A model generated the notes under the pieces. The model saw nothing but the letters and a program-made list of their open reading frames with translations. It was not told the origin of the DNA and did not search any database. Shown one piece after another: positions 50,929 to 61,083 of a stretch of DNA of 64,000 bases (positions within the stretch are counted from its first letter, which is position 1; each line of letters starts with the position of its first letter). This stretch comes from Actinomycetota bacterium (GTDB lineage: Bacteria > Actinomycetota > Actinomycetes > S36-B12), in contig CANFQC010000005.1 of NCBI GenBank assembly GCA_947449035.1, positions 6,765 through 70,764 on the forward strand, given 5' to 3'. Both the position numbers and the translations under genes were made by a program.

Positions 50929-51223
50929 TTCGGGGTCTCCGAGTGGCCGGGGGTATGGACAGGGGCGGTGCAGGGCCGAGCAAGAGCAGGACAGGGGTTA
51001 CCAGTTCCCCCTAATCCTTCCACGCCACGCGTCGCGATGCATAAAGGGGAGTAAACGGGGGAATTCATCACCTCAGTTCGGCCTTTTTATTGGCCGAGTT
51101 CGGCTCGACTTCGGCCTTGTCGCTTGCGCTGGGCCGCCCAGCGGTGTGGACTAACGACCACAGCGGGCCGAGCGGCCTGCGGGCACGGGTGGTGAGCCCG
51201 GCTCATGACGATAAGGAGATCTC

Positions 51224-51649
51224 GTGACCGCCGCAGGCGATCTCGACGAGGCACGTATGCGTGCCAGTCGGCTAGGGCTCGAAGAGGGCCAGACCGTCCA
51301 GGAGATCGGCTACGACGACGATGTCGACGAAGCCCTGCGCACCGGTATCGAGGCCGTTATCGCCGGCGAACTTGTCGATGAGGATTTCGATGAAGTTGTC
51401 GATGTCGTGCTCATGTGGTGGCGCGAGGACGACGGTGACCTGGTTGATGCCCTGATGGACTCACTCGGACTTCTGGCCGACCACGGCGTCGTGTGGCTGC
51501 TTACCCCGAAGCCCGGTCGCGATGGTCACGTCGAGGCCGAGGATATTTCTGACGCAGCACCGACCGCCGGTCTGCAGCAGACCAGCACTGTCAGTGCCGG
51601 TGCCAATTGGCAGGGCACTCGACTTGTTGCCCCGCGCGCCAAGCGCTAG
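51224..51649 (+). CDS. DUF3052-like protein
   Basis: VQEIGYDDDVD, WWREDDGDLVDAL, WLLTPKPGR; divergent from aceE. Confidence 0.88.
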   Translation: MTAAGDLDEARMRASRLGLEEGQTVQEIGYDDDVDEALRTGIEAVIAGELVDEDFDEVVDVVLMWWREDDGDLVDALMDSLGLLADHGVVWLLTPKPGRDGHVEAEDISDAAPTAGLQQTSTVSAGANWQGTRLVAPRAKR

Positions 51650-51656
51650 TTCGCGA

Positions 51657-52115
51657 ATGACTGTGGAGGCGGGACAGCCCGCTCCTGAGTTCACGCTCAC
51701 CAATCAGTTTGGTGAATCGATCTCGCTTGCTGACTTCCGTGGCAAGAAGAACGTCGTCTTGATGTTCTATCCGTTCGCCTTCACGAGTACGTGCACCGGC
51801 GAGCTCTGCGCACTACGCGACAGCCAGGCAGACTTCGAGGCCGACGAGGCGGTGATTCTCAGCGTCTCCTGCGATACCCCGCACACGCTGAAGGTGTACG
51901 CCAAGCAGGAGAACCTCGTGCATTCGCTGCTCAGTGACTTCTGGCCGCATGGCGAGGTTGCTCGGGCCTATGGCGTCTTCCTCCCGGAGAAGGGCTTTGC
52001 CACTCGCGGCACCTTCGTCATCGATAAGGCGGGCATTGTGCGCTGGAGCGTCATTAACCCACCGGGTGAGGCGCGAAGTGCCGATGAGTACAAGGCGGCC
52101 CTGGCCGCTCTCTGA
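51657..52115 (+). CDS. ahpE: Peroxiredoxin, AhpE-like
   Basis: APEFTL, FYPFAFTSTCTGELC, LLSDFWPHGEVARAYG, RGTFVID. Confidence 0.9.
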   Translation: MTVEAGQPAPEFTLTNQFGESISLADFRGKKNVVLMFYPFAFTSTCTGELCALRDSQADFEADEAVILSVSCDTPHTLKVYAKQENLVHSLLSDFWPHGEVARAYGVFLPEKGFATRGTFVIDKAGIVRWSVINPPGEARSADEYKAALAAL

Positions 52116-52170
52116 GAGCAAGCGGGCAGTTTTCTTGCCTCGAGATGAACGCGATAGCCTCATCCCTCCC

Positions 52171-52247
52171 GGGTGATTAGCTCAGTTGGTTAGAGCGCTG
52201 CCCTTACAAGGCAGATGTCGGGGGTTCGAGTCCCTCATCACCCACCA
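52171..52247 (+). tRNA. tRNA-Val (anticodon TAC)
   Basis: Acceptor GGGTGAT/ATCACCC plus ACCA; D arm; anticodon arm CTGCC-CTTACAA-GGCAG; T loop GTTCGAG. Confidence 0.97.
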
Positions 52248-52270
52248 TTAATGCTCGGTAGCCTTCACCC

Positions 52271-53071
52271 ATGGCTACCGTCCGCGAGCTCATCACCTCC
52301 CTCGACGCCGCCTATCCGCAGTGGCTGGCCGAGGACTGGGATGCTGTCGGGCTCACCTGCGGTCGACTAGACGTCGAGGTCGACACGGTTTTGCTTGCGG
52401 TTGATCCGCTTCCGCAGATCGTCGAGGAGGCCATTGCGTGCGGTGCGCAGTTGATCGTCACTCATCATCCGCTTTTCCTACGCGGAGTTCATGGCGTTGC
52501 CGCGACGAACGCCAAGGGTGAGGTTGTCACTAGGTGCATTGAGAATGGCATCGCGCTTTTCAGCGCTCACACGAATGCTGATCACGCCAACCCCGGTGTG
52601 AGTGATGCGCTTGCTCAGGCCTTTGGGCTCACTGACCTTCGTCCGCTCGTGCCGGATGCTCGAGACTCCACTCTCGGTACAGGGCGCATCGGAACCCTGA
52701 CTAATGCGATGAGCCTCGAATCATTCGGATCACTTGTGGCAGGCGCACTGCCCGCGACCGCGCATGGCGTGCGCATTGCCGGTGATCTTGATTCCCAGGT
52801 GCGCACGGTGGCCGTGTGCGGCGGGGCGGGGGATTCGTTCCTCGAGGCCGCAGCTGAAGTCGCCGATGTGTATGTGACCTCAGATCTTCGTCATCATCGT
52901 GCCCAGGATCACCTCGTTGACGGTGGATGCGCCCTGGTGGACGTGGCTCACTGGGCGAGTGAGTGGCCCTGGCTGCGGCAAGCTGCTGCCGTGATCGGCG
53001 GTACGGTACGAACGGTCGTCTCGACCACACCTACGGATCCGTGGGCCGCACACCTAGGGAGCACCTCGTGA
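52271..53071 (+). CDS. Nif3-like dinuclear metal center hexameric protein
   Basis: AEDWDAVGL, THHPL, AHTNAD, VAVCGGAG, TSDLRHH, HWASE. Confidence 0.93.
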   Translation: MATVRELITSLDAAYPQWLAEDWDAVGLTCGRLDVEVDTVLLAVDPLPQIVEEAIACGAQLIVTHHPLFLRGVHGVAATNAKGEVVTRCIENGIALFSAHTNADHANPGVSDALAQAFGLTDLRPLVPDARDSTLGTGRIGTLTNAMSLESFGSLVAGALPATAHGVRIAGDLDSQVRTVAVCGGAGDSFLEAAAEVADVYVTSDLRHHRAQDHLVDGGCALVDVAHWASEWPWLRQAAAVIGGTVRTVVSTTPTDPWAAHLGSTS

Positions 53072-53811
53072 ACGCCGAACCGCAAGACCAGTGGCGCCTC
53101 CTCGATCTCCAGGAGAAGGACACCAGGCTCTCGCAGCTCGCGCATCGCGCCGCGACCCTCCCGGAGGCAACGGCTCTCGTCGATCTCGACACTCGTTTCG
53201 CGCGCACTCGAGATGAGCTCGTGGCCGCCGAGGTCATCGCCGACGATCTCAAGCGCGACCAGGACCGAGCCGAGGCCGACGTCGAGCAGGTACGCGCGCG
53301 CTCACTCCATGATCAGGAGCTGCTCAACGGCGGCTCGATCGGCGACCCGAAGCAGCTTCAGAACCTCCAGCACGAGATCGAATCGCTCGCCCGCCGACAA
53401 AGCGAGCTTGAAGACGTCGAGCTCGAGATCATGGATCGCGTCGAGGGTGCGCTGGCTGCCGTCACGCAGCTCGCCGGGCAGAAGGCTGAGCTGGCCGCAG
53501 AGCGTGAGGCACTTGCCGAGACTGTGCGTGTGCTGCACGAGGAGATCGAGGCTGAGAAGTCGATGGTCACCGCGGATCGTGCTCGCATCGCCGATGGCAT
53601 TCCGGCCGATCTTCTCGCTCTGTACGAGAAAATCCGCCTCGATCACTCCGGTGTCGGCGCAGCTCGGCTTTACCGCGGTCGCTGCGAAGGATGCCGACTC
53701 GAGCTCCCGCCGAACGAGATCGAGGCCCTTCGTAACGCGAACGTTTCCGCGGTCGTGCGCTGCGAAGAGTGCCGCCGCATTCTCGTTCGTACTGCTGAGT
53801 CCGGTCTCTGA
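53068..53811 (+). CDS. Coiled-coil protein with C4-type zinc ribbon
   Basis: Long coiled coil, then CEGC...CEECRRIL; GTG start at 53068 with SD GGGAG. Confidence 0.92.
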   Translation: MNAEPQDQWRLLDLQEKDTRLSQLAHRAATLPEATALVDLDTRFARTRDELVAAEVIADDLKRDQDRAEADVEQVRARSLHDQELLNGGSIGDPKQLQNLQHEIESLARRQSELEDVELEIMDRVEGALAAVTQLAGQKAELAAEREALAETVRVLHEEIEAEKSMVTADRARIADGIPADLLALYEKIRLDHSGVGAARLYRGRCEGCRLELPPNEIEALRNANVSAVVRCEECRRILVRTAESGL

Positions 53812-53813
53812 TC

Positions 53814-55025
53814 GTGTCACGTTCGCTGATCGTCGAAGCCGACGGCGGCTCACGGGGCAACCCCGGTCCCGCTGCCTACGGAACTGTCGTGCGTGATGCG
53901 ACCACAGGTGAGCTGCTCTTCGAGATCGGCGAGTACATCGGAAGTGCCACCAACAATGTCGCCGAGTATCGCGGGGCCATTGCAGGCTTGAGGAAAGCAT
54001 TCGAGATTGCTGCCGATGCGCGAGTTGAGGTGCGCCTTGATTCAAAGCTCGTCGTCGAGCAGATGAGTGGCCGTTGGCAGATCAAGCACCCCGATATGCG
54101 TGAACTCGCCAAGGAGGCCCGCGCGATCTTCGCTGCAGGTCAGGTCATGTACACCTGGGTGCCGCGCGCAGAGAACGCGGCGGCTGATCGCATGGTCAAC
54201 GAAGCGCTCGATCAGGCTTTGGCAGGCGGTGCACCACTCATCGTTCGCGAACGCGGCGCCTTACTGGTCGAAGCGCTCGTGCGTGAGGCCGCCGATGTCG
54301 TCGGTGATGCCGCAGAGCAAGGCGCGCAGGGAAGCCCCGGCAAGGCCACGGCTGCCAATCGCATGGTCGGCTGGAGCGACCTCGGCGCACCCACCACGTT
54401 GCTTCTGGCTCGTCACGGCGCTACTGACTTCAGTGTCGAGAAGCGTTTTAGCGGAATCGGTGGCATAGACAAGCCGCTCAATGAGCTCGGAAATGCGCAG
54501 GCTCAGGCACTCGCCCGCGAGATCGCCGAGCGCGGTGGCGCCGATGTCATCGTGGCCTCGCCTTTGCTGCGCACGCAGCAGACTGCCGCCTATGTCTCCG
54601 AGGCCATCGGAGTTTCGGTTGAGCTCGATGAGGGCTTTGCAGAATGCGCCTTCGGCGAATGGGATGCCTTCACGTTTTCCGAGGTGCGCGAGCGCTGGCC
54701 CGAGCAGCTCAATGCCTGGCTTGCCTCGACTGAGGTGGCTCCGCCAGGTGGTGAGTCATTTGCTGACGTCAACCGTCGCGTAGAGGCAGCACGTCGCGGC
54801 GTACTCGAGCGTCACGCAGGCAAGCGCGTCATCATCGTCGCGCACGTGACTCCGATCAAGGTGATGGTCAGCCAGGCGCTCGAAACCGATCTCACCTTGC
54901 TGTTCAAGATGGAACTCTCGCCGTGCTCGCTGACCACGTTGGCCTGGTTCCCCGACGGCAATGCATCAATGTTCGGCTTCTCTGAGGCTGCGCATCTGCG
55001 TGGCGTGCACACGCCCGATATCTAG
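53814..55025 (+). CDS. Bifunctional RNase HI / histidine phosphatase (RnhC-type fusion)
   Basis: ADGGSRGNPGPA, TNNVAEY, DSKLVVEQM; second domain RHG, SPLLR, PPGGES, VAH. Confidence 0.94.
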   Translation: MSRSLIVEADGGSRGNPGPAAYGTVVRDATTGELLFEIGEYIGSATNNVAEYRGAIAGLRKAFEIAADARVEVRLDSKLVVEQMSGRWQIKHPDMRELAKEARAIFAAGQVMYTWVPRAENAAADRMVNEALDQALAGGAPLIVRERGALLVEALVREAADVVGDAAEQGAQGSPGKATAANRMVGWSDLGAPTTLLLARHGATDFSVEKRFSGIGGIDKPLNELGNAQAQALAREIAERGGADVIVASPLLRTQQTAAYVSEAIGVSVELDEGFAECAFGEWDAFTFSEVRERWPEQLNAWLASTEVAPPGGESFADVNRRVEAARRGVLERHAGKRVIIVAHVTPIKVMVSQALETDLTLLFKMELSPCSLTTLAWFPDGNASMFGFSEAAHLRGVHTPDI

Positions 55026-55032
55026 TCGCGGA

Positions 55033-55809
55033 TCAGATTTCCGGCACGATGATGTCGAGCGTGGCGGGTAGACCCGCCTTCTTCGACTCGCTGAGTTCGC
55101 ACCTCCATTTCAGTTCTCTCAGAGTCTTCATCAACGCATCGATCGTGGCTGGTGGCGCACTTCGCTCAATCAGAGCTCGTACGAGCCGCCCCTTGCTTGC
55201 CTTGTTGTGATGACTCACGACCGAACGCTTGCCATTCTTCTCCAGCAAGATGCGCGCACTGACGGTTCGTGACGCAGCCTCCGCGGGGATAGGCCCGAGG
55301 TTCGCGTACATCTGAGAGCGCAGGTCGATGATCACGCCTGATGTCTGGTTGATGACCTCTCCGACCAAATCTCGCCAATGAGCGGCGGGCGCGCCGATAC
55401 CTGGAAGTGAGACATCCCCACTGAGTCGATAGGCCGGAATTAAGTCACCGGGTCGCACGAGCCCGAAGAGCGCGGATGAGATCACGGTGGAGGCCTGCAA
55501 GCGGCGCCTTGCCGGCTTGCCGAGGGAGGTGACGTCGAGGGCGTCGAAGAGCACGCCGGTGTAGACCTCAATGGCCGGTGCGCAGGGAGCCTTGCGCAGA
55601 TGCGCATTGACGCGCACCTCATCTGCTTGGGTCGGGCCAAGGCCCAAGATTGCGGCAGCCTTCGGGTTCTTGGTGCACAAGTCGACCAACGCCTTGAGGG
55701 TCGACGTGCGAAGCCGAGCTAGCTCAGGGAAGCTCAGACCTGCTAGATCGAGCGTGGGACCTGCTGTCGGCGAGGTCTTGCCCTCACTAGGGGGCAACAG
55801 GATGAGCAC
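55033..55809 (-). CDS. yaaA: Peroxide stress protein YaaA family
   Basis: LILLPPSEGK, YTGVLFDAL, SALFG, YRLS, DLRS, SHHNKASKG. Confidence 0.9.
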   Translation of the reverse strand: MLILLPPSEGKTSPTAGPTLDLAGLSFPELARLRTSTLKALVDLCTKNPKAAAILGLGPTQADEVRVNAHLRKAPCAPAIEVYTGVLFDALDVTSLGKPARRRLQASTVISSALFGLVRPGDLIPAYRLSGDVSLPGIGAPAAHWRDLVGEVINQTSGVIIDLRSQMYANLGPIPAEAASRTVSARILLEKNGKRSVVSHHNKASKGRLVRALIERSAPPATIDALMKTLRELKWRCELSESKKAGLPATLDIIVPEI

Positions 55810-55849
55810 GCCTGGACGCTACCCGAGTACCGCATGGCATGCTCACTTC

Positions 55850-56227
55850 ATGAAGCTCGCACTCGCAGGTGTCGCCGTCGCGGTCGTTGTGCTGAGCGGC
55901 TGCTCGGGATCCTCGGCTCAGCCTGATGCCTCCTGCGACTCCGGCACTTTGCAAAGTACGTTCGAGATGATCCTGCATGACTCGGACATGACTCTTGCTT
56001 CTGTCGACTCCGTCGAATGCAGCGGGGAGTGGGCCGTCATGCACGCGACGCTTTCCGGCGAGGGTGCGAGCGGTGCTTCCGAGCCGTCGATCTTCGAGAG
56101 AGTAGGTGCCGATTGGGTGCTGAAGGCCCCGGAGAACGTGTGCGGCACATTCGCGCCAGGTGATGCCCGACCTAACGACGCAGTCGTGCCGGAGTCACTC
56201 TGGGAATCCGGCTGCTCGATCCTCTAG
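55850..56227 (+). CDS. Putative lipoprotein
   Basis: MKLALAGVAVAVVVLSGC lipobox; four further Cys in the mature part. Confidence 0.7.
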   Translation: MKLALAGVAVAVVVLSGCSGSSAQPDASCDSGTLQSTFEMILHDSDMTLASVDSVECSGEWAVMHATLSGEGASGASEPSIFERVGADWVLKAPENVCGTFAPGDARPNDAVVPESLWESGCSIL

Positions 56228-57723
56228 ATCGTCCCGGCACTCAGGCCGTCAAGAACGTCGCGTGCGCGAGCACGCACGTCATCAAGATCCGAGAGTCGAT
56301 CGAGGCCAGCGAATTGCTGGGCCATTCGGTGATTGCCCTTCAAGGTCGCCCGATTGCGATCGAGGAAATCCCAGTAGAGGGTCGTGAGCGGGCAGGCGGT
56401 CTCGCCAACGCGCTTTCCGGGATCGTAAACGCACCCTGAACAAAAGCGCCCCATGCGCTTTACGTAGGCCCCTCCAGCTGCGTAAGGCTTGGTCATCATC
56501 GCGCCGCCATCCGCATGCAGGCCCATGCCGATCACGTTCGGCACCATCACCCAGTCCGCAGCATCGATGAACATCGCTTTCATCCAGTCGAGGAATTCCT
56601 GGGGGCGAACGCCCGCGATGAGTGCAAGATTGCTGAGAACCATTAGGCGTGGGATGTGATGAGCCCAACCCCGATCCATGACATCAGAAACAACGGATGA
56701 CGCGCAGGCCATCTTCGTCTGCGAAGGTTCGCTCAATAGCGGTAGCAGCGGTCGATCTGCCCGCAGCTCATTGGAGTTTCGGTAGTTGTCCTCGAAGAGC
56801 CAGTAGACACCGTTCACATACTCGCGCCACCCGATGACCTGGCGGATGAAACCCTCGGCCGAGGCGAGCGGGATACCGCCTTGGTGAAACCTCTCGACTA
56901 CTGCGTCAACTACCTCACGTGCGGTGATGAGTCCCAGATTCAAGTACGGGCTCAGCAGTGAATGATTGACCGACCATGAGTCGCGGGGCATTGCATCCTC
57001 GTACGGCCCGAAGTCGACGAGTGACGTGTCGAGAAAGTACGCGAGCTGGCGCAGTGCGCCGGCACGTGTCGTGGCCCATGTGCCATTGGGCGCGGCGCCG
57101 GTAATCGGAAGCTCGCGATCGATGATCGACTGCCATACCCGCTCATCGATGTCGTCAGGCTCGTGACGCAAAGGCTCGGGCCACGGGTGCGCGCCCTTCG
57201 GCGGTGGCAGTCGGTTCTCCTTGTCGAGATTCCACGTGCCCCCGACAGGCGCACCGTGCTCCACCAAGATGCCCAGCCGCGTGCGCTGCCACCGGTAGAA
57301 GGTCTCCATCACCAACGGTCTGCGGTCACCTGCCCAAGCGCGAAACTCCTCGCGCGAGGTCAGGAAGGTGTCATCGGGCACGAGTTCGACCCCGTACTCG
57401 AGCAAGGCTCGTTGGGACGATGACGAACTGGGCTGAGTGCAGCGGATCCGCGCATCGGGATGCTCGCGGCGAAATGCCTCGATGCCCGCGCGCATCGAAG
57501 GCGCCGAGATCGAGTGGACGGTGTATCCCTGACTTCTCAGTTCCTGTTCGACGTGCGCTGATGCCGACAGGAGGAGGAAGAGGCGCTGAGCGTGCCAAGT
57601 GCGCGAGCGCAGCATCTGCTCGCTCTCGATCAGCAGGATCTCGGTTGTCTTCGGTGCAGCCCCGGCCATCGCGGAGTGAGAGAGGCTGAGGCGGTCGTAG
57701 GGGAGTAGTACGACATCGGTCAT
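56224..57723 (-). CDS. FeS-cluster bacterial cryptochrome / (6-4) photolyase (PhrB/CryB type)
   Basis: METFYR, GG.WN.D.ENR, FGPYEDAM, EGFIRQVIGWREY, HHIPRLM; Cys set MAC, FCSGC, ACP. Confidence 0.92.
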   Translation of the reverse strand: MTDVVLLPYDRLSLSHSAMAGAAPKTTEILLIESEQMLRSRTWHAQRLFLLLSASAHVEQELRSQGYTVHSISAPSMRAGIEAFRREHPDARIRCTQPSSSSSQRALLEYGVELVPDDTFLTSREEFRAWAGDRRPLVMETFYRWQRTRLGILVEHGAPVGGTWNLDKENRLPPPKGAHPWPEPLRHEPDDIDERVWQSIIDRELPITGAAPNGTWATTRAGALRQLAYFLDTSLVDFGPYEDAMPRDSWSVNHSLLSPYLNLGLITAREVVDAVVERFHQGGIPLASAEGFIRQVIGWREYVNGVYWLFEDNYRNSNELRADRPLLPLLSEPSQTKMACASSVVSDVMDRGWAHHIPRLMVLSNLALIAGVRPQEFLDWMKAMFIDAADWVMVPNVIGMGLHADGGAMMTKPYAAGGAYVKRMGRFCSGCVYDPGKRVGETACPLTTLYWDFLDRNRATLKGNHRMAQQFAGLDRLSDLDDVRARARDVLDGLSAGTI

Positions 57724-57881
57724 GCGCGCCGGCACTTCTCGGAGCAGTACTTCACTGAATCCCAGTTAGCCGCCCACGCCTTGCGCCATTCCATGGGCCG
57801 CTTGCAGGCCTGGCAGATCTTGGGGGCGAAGCCGTTCTTCGTGCGCGCCTCACGAGTGGAGGGCTGGCGGCGATCGGGCAC
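57720..57881 (-). CDS. DUF2256-like small zinc-finger protein
   Basis: PKICQACKRPMEWRKAWAANWDSVKYCSEKCRR; its stop overlaps the photolyase start. Confidence 0.85.
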   Translation of the reverse strand: MPDRRQPSTREARTKNGFAPKICQACKRPMEWRKAWAANWDSVKYCSEKCRRA

Positions 57882-57959
57882 GGTTGATCCTCGCACCCCA
57901 GCAGGGCTGACGCATCTGTGAGTGGACCGAGTGCCCCAAAAGCGCGTAGCCTGCTCAGC

Positions 57960-58326
57960 GGACGAGTCGGCTGGGTGATCGCGGCACGCAAGTGTCGAGG
58001 AAAGTCCGGACTCCACAGGGCAAGGCGGTGGGTAACGCCCACCCGGGGCAACCCGCGGGACAGTGCCACAGAGAACAGACCGCCAGGAGCAATCCTGGTA
58101 AGGGTGAAACGGTGGTGTAAGAGACCACCAGCACCATGGGTGACCATGGTGGCTTGGTAAACCCCGCCTGGAGCAAGACCAAGAGGGCCGCAAGGCCTGT
58201 GCGAACGAGCGGCCCGCTCAATGTTCGCAGGTAGGTCGCACGAGGCTGTCGGCAACGGCAGTCCTAGATGGATGATCGCCCTCGACTTCGGTCGAGACAG
58301 AATCCGGCTTACAGGCCGGCTCGTCC
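57960..58326 (+). ncRNA. rnpB: Ribonuclease P RNA (type A)
   Basis: GAGGAAAGTCCGGACTC, AGTGCCACAGAGAACAGACCGCC, GGTGAAACGGTGGTGTAAGAGACCACC, ACAGAATCCGGCTTA; P1 pairing of GGACGAGTCGGC with GCCGGCTCGTCC. Confidence 0.98.
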
Positions 58327-58328
58327 CT

Positions 58329-59696
58329 TTACCGCCCGCGAGGCGCCGTGATGCGAATGCGAAGCCCACCCGATGTGCTTTCGCCCAGTTCGAGGCTTCC
58401 ATGGTGAGTCTCGACAACCGCCGCGATGATGCTCATGCCGAGGCCGAACCCACCGGTGGTCGAAGATCGCGACTCATCGAGTCGGGTGAAGCGTTGGGTC
58501 ACGCTGCTTCGCTTGTCGGCCGGGATACCCGGGCCGGAGTCATCAACGGTCAGCACGACGTCGGTTTCGCAAGTCGTGAGTTCAACGTGCACCGCTGAAC
58601 CTGCTGGCGTGTAGCGCGTGATGTTCTGGGTAATGTTCGCCAACACCTGGCGCCATTGATCGGAAGAGCCGGCGACGTTTGCTGATTCAAGGCTCATCGT
58701 GACCGGTCGACCATCGCCGAGATCAGTCAAGTCTCCAAAGTACTCGCGCACCAGCGCAGTGAGATCGAATTCCTCCTGAGCGGCCGAGTTGCCGGAGTCG
58801 ATGCGCTCGAGCAGCAGCAACTGAGTCACCAGATTCTCGAGTCGGCGGCTCTCGGACTCGATGCGATCAAGGGCGCGGGCTTCTAGCTCAGATGCGTCAG
58901 CGCGCTGGCCCTGCAGCAGCTCCACATATCCGCGGATCACCGTCAGCGGCGTGCGAATTTCATGCGATGCATCGGATACGAAGCCGCGCAGTCGCAGTTC
59001 AGAGGCCTCCACGGCGGTCAGAGAAGCCGTGAGTGACTCGATCATCGTGTTCAGTGCATCGGAGAGTACGCCGAGCTCCGTGCCCGCGGGGGCATCCGGA
59101 ACTCGCAGGTGGGTGTTGCCCTGTGAGATCTCCTCGGCTGCCACCACCATCTCGTCAACCGGGCGGAAAAGTCGGCGCACGAACAACCAGGCGATCAATG
59201 ATCCGAGTGCAGTGACGATGAGAACGCCAATGCCGAGCAGCAGCGTTAATCGTGCAAGGCCTCGCTTGAGCTCGTCGATCGGTGTTCCGGCGATGACCAA
59301 AGAGCGGTTGGGGCCGGACTCCACCGTGACGAGCCGGTACTCGGGGGTAAAGGCGACGCTCCCAGGGGTGTCCATGAACATCAGGGCTTGCTCGCGAGTG
59401 AGGGCTGGGAAAGGGAGCGGTGAGCTTCCGAAGCCGGCCGGCCGCAGCAGCTGCGCCTGAGTATCACCTGGCCTGATCAAGCTGATCGCGTAAGGAAGGT
59501 AGACATCTGAGGGCAAGGGGCGCGGGTTGTCCTGCAGTGACTTCGTGCGTGCATCGCGTGCGGCAGCGATGAGCCCTCGATCGAGAGCGTCGTACTGGAT
59601 GGTGCGAGTCGTCCAGAAGGCAATCGCACCCAGAAGTGCAGTGGCGATGAAGATCAGCAGCGCCGTCAGAGCGGTGATCTTGGTGCGCAAAGTCAT
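58329..59696 (-). CDS. Membrane sensor histidine kinase (HAMP)
   Basis: Two TM segments, HAMP, FVSDASHEIRTPLT, DDSGPGI, GGFGLGMSI. Confidence 0.95.
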   Translation of the reverse strand: MTLRTKITALTALLIFIATALLGAIAFWTTRTIQYDALDRGLIAAARDARTKSLQDNPRPLPSDVYLPYAISLIRPGDTQAQLLRPAGFGSSPLPFPALTREQALMFMDTPGSVAFTPEYRLVTVESGPNRSLVIAGTPIDELKRGLARLTLLLGIGVLIVTALGSLIAWLFVRRLFRPVDEMVVAAEEISQGNTHLRVPDAPAGTELGVLSDALNTMIESLTASLTAVEASELRLRGFVSDASHEIRTPLTVIRGYVELLQGQRADASELEARALDRIESESRRLENLVTQLLLLERIDSGNSAAQEEFDLTALVREYFGDLTDLGDGRPVTMSLESANVAGSSDQWRQVLANITQNITRYTPAGSAVHVELTTCETDVVLTVDDSGPGIPADKRSSVTQRFTRLDESRSSTTGGFGLGMSIIAAVVETHHGSLELGESTSGGLRIRITAPRGR

Positions 59697-60370
59697 GACT
59701 TGGGATCCTGTAATTGATAGCCGACTCCACGCACGGTGCGAATGCTCACGGCATCACCGAGTTTCTTGCGCAGATAAGAGATGTAGGTCTCGACCACGCT
59801 GCTCTCCACTCCGGGGCCAAGGCCCCAGACACGATTGAGCAGTTGATCCTTGCTGAGTACTCGACCTGTGTTCTCCATCAAGATCTCGAGGAGGCGGAAC
59901 TCGGTTCCTGACAGTGCGACCTCTTCCTCGCTGACAGTAACGAGATGCCGGTCGGGATCGAGGCGAACCTCGCCGAGCACCAGGACAGAGTCAGGTGCGT
60001 CAGCAGCACTTCGTCGAAGGACTGCCTTCACCCTCCAGATGAGCTCCTCGATGCTGAACGGCTTATGGACGAAGTCATCTGCGCCGCGCTCGAAGCCGGC
60101 TCGTGTGTCATCGCGCTCCTGTCGTGCCGTGAGCACGATCACCGGCGTGGAGTCACCGGCATCGCGCATGCGCGTCAGGGTCTCGAATCCGTCGACCTTG
60201 GGCATGTTGATGTCGAGCACGACGAGGTCGACAGATGTGGTGCGCAGGAACTGAAGGGCAGCGAGGCCGTCGGGTGCGCTGTGGGTGCGAAAGCCCGAAA
60301 GCCGGAGGGCATCGCAGATCAAGTCGTTGACTGCGGGCTCGTCGTCGACGACGAGAACCAGTGCGCTCAC
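59693..60370 (-). CDS. OmpR/PhoP-family response regulator
   Basis: VVDDE, LDINMP, GADDFVHKPF, VVETYISYLRKK, TVRGVGY. Confidence 0.96.
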   Translation of the reverse strand: MSALVLVVDDEPAVNDLICDALRLSGFRTHSAPDGLAALQFLRTTSVDLVVLDINMPKVDGFETLTRMRDAGDSTPVIVLTARQERDDTRAGFERGADDFVHKPFSIEELIWRVKAVLRRSAADAPDSVLVLGEVRLDPDRHLVTVSEEEVALSGTEFRLLEILMENTGRVLSKDQLLNRVWGLGPGVESSVVETYISYLRKKLGDAVSIRTVRGVGYQLQDPKS

Positions 60371-60395
60371 GATGCCTCCTCTAGGCGTGAGAGAA

Positions 60396-60439
60396 CTGTA
60401 GGGCGGTTGACCCCACTCATGAGGTCAACCGCCCTACAG
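60396..60439 (-). terminator. Hairpin between the repeat-protein gene and the response regulator
   Basis: 17-bp perfect stem CTGTAGGGCGGTTGACC / GGTCAACCGCCCTACAG with a 10-nt loop. Confidence 0.75.
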
Positions 60440-60445
60440 CGGGAA

Positions 60446-61021
60446 CTACGCGGCGGGAGTGCCGCTCGGTGCGGGAGCAGCCTTGGCCGGCTTCATCGGC
60501 TTCATTTCACGATCACCCTGGGGCTTGCTGCCCGGTGCGGGGAGTGCGGCAGCAATCGCGTCGGCCTGCGACTGGGTGATGGTGCCGTTGCTCACCAGCT
60601 TGGCCAGCGATGCGCTGCGCCCATCGGTCTTGGTCGAGCCGTACTCCTGGAACTCGGCCTTGATCGCCTCGGCCTGAGTGCGAGTGATGGTGCCAGCGTC
60701 GACAAGGGCGCGCATGCCGCCACGGTCAGCTGCGGCTACTGCATCAGCCTGGCTCTGGCTCAAGGTTCCTTCGGAGACCAGGGTGCTCAGTGCCGTGCTG
60801 CGTGCAGATGCCTTGGCAGCGTCATGATCGGCATGGAGCTGATCGTGCACGGCCTTGGCCTGGGTCGAGGTAATGGTTCCGGCCGACACCAGCGGGCGAA
60901 GTGCGCCGCCACCGGCGGGTGCCCCCGGTGCTGCGTTGGCGACTGAGGCGCCGCTGATCATCACTACTGCGCTACCGGCCAGGGTCGCGAGCACGAGACC
61001 GGCCTTGGTTGACTTCTTCAT
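60446..61021 (-). CDS. Secreted protein with four LVxxGT(I/L)(T/S)xxQAxA repeats
   Basis: Signal peptide ending ..VANA; repeats LVSAGTITSTQA, LVSEGTLSQSQA, LVDAGTITRTQA, LVSNGTITQSQA; SD AAGGAG. Confidence 0.85.
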   Translation of the reverse strand: MKKSTKAGLVLATLAGSAVVMISGASVANAAPGAPAGGGALRPLVSAGTITSTQAKAVHDQLHADHDAAKASARSTALSTLVSEGTLSQSQADAVAAADRGGMRALVDAGTITRTQAEAIKAEFQEYGSTKTDGRSASLAKLVSNGTITQSQADAIAAALPAPGSKPQGDREMKPMKPAKAAPAPSGTPAA

Positions 61022-61083
61022 CTCTACTCCTTCGTCGGGGGCGCCGGATGCGCCATCTCCTGAATGAAGGTTCGGCGGAGAAC

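Noticed and set aside
50956..50997. 9-bp direct repeat GGACAGGGG upstream of aceE
   Set aside because: Only two short GC-rich copies; compatible with chance.
52171..52271. tRNA-Val as an integration site for an island or prophage
   Set aside because: No integrase and no duplicated tRNA 3' end seen; conserved nif3 follows within 25 nt.
57720..58417. ORFs of 157 and 221 aa across rnpB
   Set aside because: Antisense to RNase P RNA; only the last 53 codons (DUF2256-like) look real.
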